Source: Dimorphilus gyrociliatus (lineage: Eukaryota; Animalia; Annelida). Taken from it: a stretch of 46,380 nt of DNA. The stretch spans positions 1 through 46,380 of the forward strand of contig CAJFCJ010000087.1 of NCBI GenBank assembly GCA_904063045.1, read 5' to 3'. Made by a program: the position numbers and the translations under genes. Below are positions 36,390 through 46,380 of the stretch, one piece after another. The notes beneath the pieces are model-generated. The model was not told the origin of the DNA. It saw only the letters and a program-made list of their open reading frames with translations, and ran no database searches. Position 1 is the stretch's first letter, and every line of letters starts with the position of its first letter.

Positions 36390-37803
36390 GGGTTTAGCTG
36401 ATGAATGTATGTGTACATACTATTAAATTAAAAACAAAAACAACAACTGTATGGACTTGTTCTGTCAGAAGTAAAAAAGAAAATGTAAAGCAAGCATCAA
36501 TCAAAAAGGAAGCAATTTTCCAATTAGGACAAACATTCATTGTCATTCATCAATAAAATCTTAGAAACCAGGATTCTTATCAGAAATGAAATCAAAGACA
36601 ATTATTCAAATGATAGAAATTCTTCAGGCAAAAGAATTGCTGAAAATGTTCTGGTCAAATATTCTAGTGCTTCAAACTTACCAAAAATAATTAATTGTAA
36701 GGAAGTGGTAAATTGGAAAAGAAGGAAGAACAGGCCTATTGCCCCCAATGATAAAAACTTTGAGCTGAATATGACATTCATTCCTTCTGAATTCCTAAAA
36801 ACGGATATAAATATGAATAATGAGAGGATCATTATCTTTGCAACAAATCATCAATTGGAGTTATTGTCAAAGGGGAAAATTTGATACCTTGATTGTATTT
36901 TCAACACTGCCAGTGAACCTTTCATTCAAATGTACTCTATTCATGCATTTTTTAAAAAAAATGGACAGCTTAAGCAAGTTCCATTGCTTTTTTCTTTTCT
37001 GTCTTCTAAAAACAAGAGAGCATATGAACTACTTTTCCAGGTAAGAATTACATTTCATAAATATATTAACTAATAAGTAATCATGTTAAATTTTTAAGGC
37101 TGTGAAGGATTTAGCTGAAGCTTGTTCTCCCAAGAAAATAGTCTTAGACTATGAAAAGGCTGTTTGGAAAACTTTACAAAATATATGGCCTGATGCTATC
37201 TTGACTGGATGTTTATTTCACTGGTCTCAGGCAATATTTAGAAAAATTCAGGTTTATTAATTTCTAAAATTTTTAATAATCAAATTAATATTTGTTTTGT
37301 TTAAGGAACTTGTTATAGCAGGGAATTTAGAAAAAAAGAGGGAGCTTGGGAATCCATGAGAATGATTATGTCTCTGCCATATTTGCATCATTGTATGATT
37401 GAAAATCAATTCACTAAAATTCAAAATCAACTGACAAAAGAAAATAAACTGTGTGATTTGTTGGACTAATACTTGGATAAAAACTACATTTTGGTCTCCA
37501 GAGACTTGGTCTGTTTTTTATCGAAGCATTAGAACAAATAGTGATCTTGAAGGTTATCATCAAAAGCTCAATAAAATTGTTGGAGAAAATGTTTCTTTTT
37601 ATTTAGTGATTGATGAGTTAAAGAGGGAGGCAGACCTGATAAATCTGTACAAAAAGCTTTTAAGTGAGAGAAAGATAATTAGACTTCAAAGGAAGATTTA
37701 TACCCAAATTCAAAAAGATCTTTTCTTAATTTGGGAAAATTTTAAAAAAGGTGAAATTAATGCAAAACAACTTCTGGAGCTCTGCTCAGAATTATATTAT
37801 TAA
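36390..37803 (+). mobile_element. Mutator-like (MULE) transposase pseudogene with N-terminal FLYWCH finger and two introns
   Basis: TVWTCSVRSKK/CKASINQ..HCH (FLYWCH), *YLDCIF..PFIQMYSIHA..KQVPL (first D), VLDYEKAVW (second D), GCLFHWSQA (CxxH), RTNSDLEGYHQKLN (E). Introns at 37041-37098 and 37252-37305. TGA at 36882 and several frameshifts. Confidence 0.9.
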
Positions 37804-38703
37804 AAATAGTTGACAATAACTTGATTTCAAAAAACTTTACTTGAAAACACTGCTCATTTATTGTAAAACTTGAAAAAATTTTGTCTTTGTTTTGAAGACT
37901 TCATAATAAAATTTTTAACCGAACACCAGTAATTTTACCAAACATGATATGTATAAAGTGTTTTCAGCTTCTATCTCTAAGCAAGTGGTAAGAAAACTAA
38001 ATTACTAATGAGATGTTAGCTTTTTTCTCAAATTTTGATAGACCAAATTATTATCATTCCATCCCTAAACAACTATATTCAGATTGTGTATTGGAAGTTG
38101 AACAGAGGCCAATTTTAGCAACTAGTCATTTCGTGCAAAAAATCTCACACAGTCCAAATAATAACAATAGTCTCACTTTCAACAAAAAATTCATTAGAAA
38201 TGTGACAGTTACATAATTCACACATAACAAAGATATGAATAACTGTTATATCATACATATAAAATATCATCTTTAGATTAAGGTATTGAATAAGATGCAA
38301 GAACTTTGGCATGCATCTTTTCTATGTTCTTTGTTCGTTTATGCATATTTGCTGAGTTTAATTTTGAAATCCTTTTCTTTAATCATTTCCATTAATTTAA
38401 AACATTGAGATAAATAGTGTTTAACATGGGTTATGGAATGAACATCCTATGATGAATGTCCCATGGAAAGAATGTCCTATTTTTAAAAGAATACACCTAT
38501 TTGAAAGAAATATTCAATATTTAAAAAATGTATTATATATTTTGAAAGATATTTATACTTTTCAATGATGTAATGACTAATCATTGTATACACCCAAGAA
38601 AACTGGTATACTCCATTTTGGAAAATTTTACTTCAGTAAAAATATTTTGAAATTTCTCTAAATTAAAAAAGACAGGATTATTTCATTTGAAAAAGAGATA
38701 AGG

Positions 38704-39272
38704 TGTACTTTCCTGCTGAGGTAGGTAAGTACTGGTCCAAATAGAACTGAACCAGGAGTAAGCCACTTAGAAGAGAGATGTAGAATTGAGGGAGGATGAA
38801 TATAGAACCAAAACGTAAGAATAATATAACTGTATTCTAAAGTAATACTAGACCTGTTCACTAAGGGAGTTGATTCAGGACTGAATGCCTGTTACTACCT
38901 ACGCCCTGCTTTTATACAATTCCTTATCAGTTGTTTATGCCTTGGCTGTCAACAACAAGGGTCTAACCCCAGATAAGGATTGTTCACAACAAACAGGGTC
39001 AAGGGTTATCAAATTATGCAATAGTGATGTAAACAATAACAACTTTGTGTAGGTTACCCGTCAAGGGTAAATTCTTACATCATATTTATGTAAATAAACA
39101 CTTGTTGTTGTCAACATGTTTGTTATGTAACATCTTATCCTTTGCCGATAAAAGGGGTTGATTCTGGCAGTTCGGTACCATCTACCCTAGAGGCAACATC
39201 TACTCCAACACCTCTACCATATAGTAAGTATCATTTATAAAATATCTATAAACTATAGTTCATAAGTGTACA
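38704..39272. mobile_element. Solo-LTR-like element, copy B (569 bp), inverted relative to copy A
   Basis: Full-length reverse complement of 32181-32739, with about 22 substitutions and 4 small indels by manual count. Flanks TAAGG / TTAGA do not form a TSD. Confidence 0.85.
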
Positions 39273-39395
39273 TTAGAAAATTATTAAATATTAATATAGA
39301 ATTGAAAAGGTGTAGTTTAAGTGTTTTTCATAATTGGCTAAGTAGAAGACAGGTTTTTTTATTATATCTTTAATTGAACTTTCTCTTTATAGACA

Positions 39396-40168
39396 ATGGC
39401 TGCCACTTGTTGTCAATGTAAGATAAGGATTTATGGAAAGAGATCAGTACATAAATGTTCAGTATGTAATCATACATATTGCATGCATTTTAAGTGCACC
39501 ATTTGAAGTTGCTTATGTAAAAGAATCCGATGATGACTATTGTCCTGAAGAGAAATTATGCGAAATACAGCCTGAAGACGAACCCTGTCCCAAAAAGGTG
39601 TTATGTGTCGAGACTCCAAAAGTCGAGCCTTGTCCAGATGAGCTGTTATACAAAGCACGAGATAACTATGATCCAGAAGAGAAGTTATACAAAGTCCAAG
39701 CTAGATATGAGCCTTTACCAGTAGGTATGTTATGGGACACACAATCTTAAGTTGAAGAGTTAAATAATGCTCATGATGACTATTATCCAGAACAAACATT
39801 AAGCCAATCACAATCTGAAGATGAACCTTGTCCAGAATTCCGTTTATGCAACTCACAAATTGAGTGTAATAGAGATAAAAAAAGGGAAGATTCCATAATT
39901 TATAGATCAGATATATCGGCTGATTGTGTGTCGAGTGCTGAAGATGACTCACATGATATATCCTTTGAAATTAAGGTTCTTTTTTCCTTTATAAATGTTA
40001 TGCAATTGAAAAAACTATTTTCAGATTAATAAAGAGAAAAATGAGGCAGAAGACAAACTCTTTCAGCTGGTTAAAAATTGGACAGATTCTAATGACAATG
40101 ATTTGAAAACATTTCTCAATGATCTAGAAGATTGTCATAGACTATTCAAAATAAAAGACATTATTTAA
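39396..40168 (+). pseudogene. Disrupted gene: Cys knuckle, acidic Cys/Pro repeats of about 15 aa, death-domain-like C-terminus
   Basis: MAATCCQC..CSVC..YC..FKC, frameshift near 39505, then repeats DDYCPEEKLCEIQPE / DEPCPKKVLCVETPK with TAA at 39748. A 49-bp phase-0 intron (39976-40024) leads to EDKLFQLVKNW..DLKTFLNDL..HR. Confidence 0.5.
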
Positions 40169-40657
40169 ATATATATATATATATAAAGAATGAAAATGAA
40201 GGATATTATTATATTTAATAATATTCTTCTTATCATTATAGAGAGAAAACATATGTTTTTCACCTTAAACCTCAGAAATATGATCACTTCAATGCGGTAG
40301 GCCTATTTATGGAAAAGCATAAGCATCAGTTATGTTCAAAAAATTTACCGTGATAATTGAGTACTGTCACTTTTAACCAGATTTTAAGGTCACTTATGTG
40401 TGTGTGCATGTGTAATCTAACAGTTGACAAATTTAAAATAAAAATGATGATCTGAAGCAACAAGAATTTCTTTCTTTAATTGTCTTCAAAGACCTGGAAT
40501 GTCCGTTCAAAAAGTGGCAAATATACATTTATTAACACCAAACACCAAAAATAACAGGCAAGGAAGTTTTTTAATTTTCTTTGTCGAATTATTGTCCTAT
40601 TTTCATTAATGTTTGGTAGGCAATCAGTAGATGTTGTTGATTGGCTAAGATTTCAGA

Positions 40658-41705
40658 TTAGTGAACATAATCGGATAAGGTTTTAGGATGTATTAGTTGA
40701 ACCAATGGAAGGAGATGGCATTCATTCGACATTCTTCTTGTAATAGTTGATTCAATTTCAATATTATCAACTTTAACATTATTTGAGTTCACTTGAATAT
40801 TTTCATTGAAAATGAATGTCTTTTTTCCAATATCTCCAAATAATCCTCCAAGGTTTTCATAAAATATATTAATATGTTCAAAGTAAACATTGAGAAATGT
40901 GCCACTGTATGCTTTAAATTCTTTTTTGACAATTGTAACTAATTTGAATTTTTTATAAAATGTTTCAATATGAATTTCTTCAGTTGACTTAACATGAATA
41001 TTGGCTAAGTGAACTTTGTATTCAACCAAATTGAACCATTTCAATTTTTTGTCATTGATTTGAATGAATGAGTTATCAACAATGATCACTCCACCTTTAT
41101 ATTGAATAATAATCTGATGCATGTAATAATCGTCTTTAAGGACGCCTTGAACACTTGTATTAGTTGAATTATCATTCAAAATATAAATTGATTGACCACT
41201 TCTGCCTACAATGTCGTAACAATTCTCTTAGTTCTGGAATCAATGACCTTTTGGGAGAAATGAGGATCACTATTCATTCTGAATAGGTGATAAAACAACA
41301 GCATCTATTATATCTTCTTTTATGTAGTTGGCATACGTAGTGTCAGTATTTGGTGCTTGTTCTAAAAGTTTTTTGTAAAAGTATGATTAAAGTTATAAAA
41401 TTGTTAAATAGAAATTTCATTATTATCTTACCTTGATACAGAACAATTAGAAATTGATCACTTGATGGAAAGTCAGTAAAGTCTATTACCGAATTAGCTA
41501 TACCGGCAGTAGGGGGAGGGTCAGGCTGATGGCTGTGAACCACAGTCTTGGTGGATGAGATAATATTCACTTTAATATTATCCAAACTACCAGGAAAAGC
41601 AATATATTCAACTTTTGCTGATGCCAAACCAATTTCACTAAGAAAAAGTTTGGTTGATTTAGAACAAACGAGTAAGGTAAAATACAATAAATATTTTAAA
41701 ATCAT
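40658..41705 (-). pseudogene. Secreted protein with an ITIH-C-terminal/VWD-like domain; two frameshifts
   Basis: Signal peptide MILKYLLYFTLLVCS. Exon 41705-41432, phase-1 intron to 41361. Then NSDPHF..D..R/CYDIVGRSGQ.IYILND...V.GVL resembles the GDPHF..LCF..G..G..L..D..V.G.L start of ITI_HC_C. Frameshifts near 41285 and 41221. Confidence 0.55.
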
Positions 41706-42639
41706 TATTTTAACGTTTAAAATATTTTATTGAAACTAAACTTCATACTAATCTGCTTGCTCCTTTTATTTCTTAAAATTTATATTAATCATTAAATTCT
41801 CACGGTTAGGGTGGAAAAATTTATGAATAGTTTAACAACATAAAACCTTTTTTTCATTCATAGCTATTCATTAATCTCCTGTTGTAAAATGTCCCATTTT
41901 GAATGCTTTACATAAAGATTTTATTGTCCTATTTTTCTTAAAGGCTTTCTAAATGCTTAAAAATTTAATGAATTTCTTTTAATAAATAGAAGAGATATTG
42001 TCATTGTAGCCATGTAAAGAAAAAATTTTCTATTACTCCTATCTTGTTGGTTTATATATTACTAAAGTTTTTGGGTTAACAGACCACTGACATTTCACAG
42101 ATTGTAAAACCAGGCATCAGTTTCCAAGAGGGAGAATGTAACAAATACATAACAAGACACAGGAACATAATCACAAATTGGAATATTTTGCTGTTTAAGC
42201 CAGATTATTATTATATTAATAAGAAGTTGGCTAATAGCAACAACTAAAGATTGAAATTATTCAAAGACAACACAAATTTGCTATTATCTATCATGACATA
42301 TCAATACAGCTTTTTGTCATGTTTTCACTATAGATTCGCAAAAAAGTGTTGTGATTTCAATCATATAGTGGCTCTATCTGTCTGAAATATATATAATTAT
42401 TGATATATTTTCATTTTGATCAATTAACATTTCACTCTTCCACTTTTTAATATTTCTCTATTGTACAACATTTGTTATATTTGATGCTTATGTTCATTTC
42501 ATGTGTTTTGTTTTCCAATGTAAACATTAGGTATATATTTTTTAACTAAACTATTGATAGGGAATTTAGATATATTTATATATCCCACTTATGTCTTCCA
42601 ACTGCTTATACTGCCAACAAATGGTTTGCTCAAAGCAAA

Positions 42640-42839
42640 CAATCCAGATGCTAAATCACGAATCAAAGATTGTTGCACTTTATGAAAAGCTGTTGTCAGA
42701 GAGAAAGATATGTAGAATTCAAAAATATAAATATAAGGAATTACAAGGTAGAATTTGCTTAATTTGGAAGAATTTGCAAATAGTAATAAAAACAGCTGAT
42801 GATGTATTAACAGATGTTTTTAACATGTATTACTCGTAA
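42640..42839 (+). mobile_element. MULE transposase C-terminal fragment
   Basis: LYEKLLSERKICRIQ..Y..LQ..I.LIW aligns to LYKKLLSERKIIRLQ..Y..IQ..L.LIW of the 37.6-kb copy. Confidence 0.75.
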
Positions 42840-43161
42840 TTTTTAAAATACAAGTCTTGTCTATGTTCAATTATATTCTTGTCCTATATTCAAGACAATT
42901 CTGTTCACCAATGCAACACTGATATTTGAAAACATATAAATGTTTAATGTAAAAACATTTAAAAATTCAAAATGAAAGGCAGTTTGACTCTATGAATAAT
43001 TCTCTAAAAAGGAAATAGTACTGATTCTATAGTGATATTTTATATGACATATCTTAAAAATTAATAAATGTAATGTTCACCTTTTGAATGTTTGAAATTC
43101 TAAATAATTGAATAGAATATCATTGTTGTTGAAGTGTTGAATGTTCATTTGCTGTTCTAAA

Positions 43162-46026
43162 ATGAAGACTTTGTCAAAAATAATAATTCTCTCTTTTTTA
43201 AGTCTAAAATTTCAAAATTTAGGTAAAATATTATATTTTGGAATTAAATTGTAAAATTGATAATCAATCATCTCTTCCTAACAGAAGCGACTATCTGTTC
43301 AAGTTCAAAAAATTGTTCAAATTTTGAAAATTGTAAATTAGGTCAGTGTTCATGCAACTCAAAGTATGGAGAAGAAATATGCGAAAATAGTTAAGATTTT
43401 TCTTATGTCATTATAATAATTTTCATCTATAATTTTTACTTTTTACTTTGAATAATGATTTAAAAAGGTAAGAATTTAATTTTAAGAAGAGATGAGATTG
43501 CTGACGACACTGGCGATAGTAAAAGTATAGATTTACCAATGAATCTATGCTATGAACAATGTATGAATAGTGATGAGTGTGTTGGTATTTCCTACTTATT
43601 TACCATTTTTAAATGCCAATTACACCGTGAAATTACATATCCTTTAATTAAAAGTAACAATACTCTATCAATTATACGAAAAGGTAGGAATAAACTTGAT
43701 AATCCGGATTTAGGGTTAATTCTCTAATATCTCCATCCATAGATAAAAGACTAGGAGTATGCGGTCGAAATTTAAATATACCACCACCATTGGAAGAATG
43801 CTATACTTTCATTTGGCTTGAAAATGGTTGTTTTACAAAGGAATTTAAACCTAATAATAAAGAAAGATTAATGACAATTCAACAATTTTATAATTATTCA
43901 TTAGACATCTTTAAAAATTCAATTGAAAAATTTAAAACTAATTCAAATTTTGAATATTACAGATTAATCTGTTTTAGTAGTGTTGACCTAAAGTCAAATA
44001 TTGCTTTATATTCTAATGTTGAATTTATTGGAAAAATAGAAAATTCATTATACCATCCAAAACATATTGTTGATGGTATAACATTTCAAAATAACGCCTC
44101 TTTTGGCTCTTGCGCCATACTAACTGAATTGAACGGTTTACAAACGCAAATTACAATTAATTTGAAAGGATTTCATATTGTTAATAAAGTGATTTTATGG
44201 CCTACAAATGAGAATAGTATGAAATATTAAAAGATTTTTTTCCTTTATTCACATTCTCACTCTTTCTCTCTCTCTCTCTTTGTCTTTTACAGTTTATCAA
44301 TTATTGAAGATTTACTTACAAATTCCTGATAATTTATGCTCCGACAACATTCTCTTGAACAATAATTCATTCACAAATGTCTTATGTACAAATTTAAAAA
44401 TGATAAGATATTCAAAACTAATAATTGAACCAAAGTATGGAAATTATATTCATTTATGTCAAGTTGAAGTATTTTCCAGTAAGGGAAAACAATTATGAAA
44501 TTATTCATTTAAATCTTTATTCTTATTTTACAGGTAATATCGCTCATTGGAAGTTGACTATTTCAAAATACAATGATGGTGGTTTTCTGCAGAAATTAAC
44601 AAATGGAGATGAGAGTGATTCTGTTAAGTTACGTTTAGGCAAAAATTATTGGGTTGCAATTAATCTTTTAGCGTACTACAATGTTTTTGGCTTAGATTTT
44701 AGACTAGTTTCAAGTGCTTTAAACGCATTCAAATCTTTCTATGTTGAATTGACAAACGACAATCCCGCCGTTCAATATAATTCAATGAATTATTCATACT
44801 GTGGTGAAAAGGACGACAATATTCTTGGAGAAAGTGACAATTTTTATACAATTTTATGTAAAACTGGTGGAGTCAAAGGTCAATTTGTTGTTTTACGTTC
44901 AAATTTATTAAGTATATATGTAGTTGTAAGTGAAATTGAAATATTTGGAAACTATTTGAAAGATTTAGAGAAAAGATCTCAAAACATTCTATTTAATAAA
45001 CCGTGTTGGGCATCAACTATTTATTCAAGTAGGTCACATGCCTATTTGGCAACACTTGGAGTTCGTGGCGGATTATTCCATACAAAGAGGGAGAATAATC
45101 CTTGGATTTGGATAGATATGCTTGGAATGTATAAACTATTTCAAATCGCTATTCTAAATAGAAATAATAGGCGTAAGTTAGAATAGAAAAAAAAACTCTT
45201 CTTCCCCACTAATCCATTCATTAACCCTTTATTAGTCGCTTCCCGAACAAATTCACTAGTTGGAGTAGTGTCGAATTATCAAAAGTTTAATATCAAAGAA
45301 TCGCATTTATTTTCGAAAATCTGTTTTATCAATAAGAAAAAGTTCTTGAACGGAGAATACGCAATTTGGAATTGTCAACAGCCATTTCCTATTGGTCGTT
45401 ATGTAATACTATACTTGACTAAAAAGCAATATTTGCAATTTGTACTTGTTGAGGCGTATGGAGAAGAGATAATTAATACCAATTTCACTCTTATACCATT
45501 AATCAACAGCCATAGGACTGATAGTAGTAGTTTACAAGTCTACAATGATATAATTATATCCGATCAATTTCCAATAAAGATTATTGATGGATTATCAATA
45601 AATTCTAGATATGGGAAGCATTATCCTTCTTGTAGTGGAACATTGACAAATAACAATCAGGAAGGAAGGATCATAGCCTATATGGATAATTATTATAGGG
45701 TTGAAGAGATTGTTGTCCTACTCCCATTCAACTTTGCTCCAGGTAAAAATATTGTTATATTAATGATTTTGGAATGTAAATCTCTCTTCTCTCTCCTATC
45801 AGAAACATTTAAAGATGTTCAAGTGGCTGTTGAAACTTTCAACATTGAATTGCAAAGGCAAATTTGTACATTGAAAAATGAAATTACAATGGAGCATTTA
45901 TTGTACAACTGCCATTTTATCGGTGATAGAATATCATTCAATAAAATTGGTGGTAATAATAGAATGGAAATTTGTGAAATATATGTTTTTGGTAGAAAAC
46001 AACCATACAATAGCAGTAGTTTGTAA
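43162..46026 (+). CDS. Secreted multidomain lectin-like protein, about 800 aa: EGF-like, PAN, a PAN-like segment, and about four fucolectin/FTP (F5-8C fold) domains
   Basis: Exons 43162-43222, 43285-43389, 43468-43683, 43743-44216, 44293-44478, 44534-45172, 45236-45742 and 45803-46026; all introns phase 1; open frame. Motifs FHTKRENNPWIWIDM..Y....I.I.NR, LCQVEVF, VSEIEIFG and ICEIYVFG. Confidence 0.85.
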
Positions 46027-46380
46027 ATTTCTTTTCCTTTTTGAAATTACTAGACACCTTTTAAATCTTCTAGGTTTAGGCCTATTTACAAAAGCATTAA
46101 ATGGATTTTCTCCACTTTCCAATAATTCTACTATCCAATTAAATTCAATTTGTAGTTATTCGATTAATCGTGAAATTTCTTTACAATTAAATAATTATTA
46201 TAAAATTATTGCTGTTGGATTTTTATTAACTAAAACTGCAAATTTTACTTTTGGGTTAGCGTTTTTTGGTGTTAATTATAAAACGGAAATACTTTGTACA
46301 AGTATCAAACGTATTCTACACATCGTTAATCCAACATTTTTTACATTCTTTTGTGAAAGTAAGATCATTGCAAATATTTG

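Noticed and set aside
6226-36884. TGA at conserved Trp positions (6226, 27073, 36882), suggesting UGA=Trp recoding
   Set aside because: The same loci also carry TAA stops and frameshifts. Intact genes use TGG for Trp, and the 4987-5524 gene ends in TGA. TGG-to-TGA is an expected nonsense change in AT-biased decay.
32177-39276. Composite transposon bounded by the two inverted LTR-like copies (outer flanks share TTAG)
   Set aside because: Copy A has its own perfect 5-bp TSD, and removing it restores a normal intron. Exon 1 of the host gene lies inside the interval with the other exons outside. A 4-bp AT-rich match is easily chance.
1-46380. Prokaryotic systems: CRISPR arrays, operons, phage or defence genes, rRNA/tRNA
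   Set aside because: No repeat-spacer array, no prokaryotic genes and no recognisable structural RNA. The coding regions are spliced and metazoan.

Overview
This is AT-rich eukaryotic (animal) DNA, not prokaryotic. Genes are split by very short GT-AG introns (about 50-80 bp), mostly phase 1 in the modular genes. That profile and the gene families suggest a compact-genome lophotrochozoan such as the annelid Dimorphilus (inference only). I could assemble nine open gene models. Eight begin with a predicted signal peptide: a discoidin-like x2 + FaMeT-like protein, a small helical protein, a Caspr-type fibrinogen-like protein, a Thr-rich mucin-like protein, a PAN-PAN protein, a trefoil protein, a 760-aa orphan helical repeat protein and an EGF-PAN-fucolectin multidomain protein. 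The ninth is an intracellular RNI-type LRR protein. They are interleaved with disrupted genes (fucolectin, GRL101/RXFP-type GPCR, PAN, LITAF-like, ITIH-C-like, and a Cys-knuckle/repeat/death-like gene). Mobile DNA is abundant: 6-8 Tc1/mariner relics, an intron-containing FLYWCH-MULE transposase with two more fragments, a 207-bp MITE with a 9-bp TSD and TTAGGG repeats, and two solo-LTR-like copies in opposite orientation. The best leads are the 760-aa orphan, a possible four-helix cytokine-like gene, an unnamed C-terminal domain shared by three genes with swapped N-terminal modules, and a patchwork of captured gene fragments at 27.3-28.4 kb. All domain calls come from motif recognition by eye; no searches were run.
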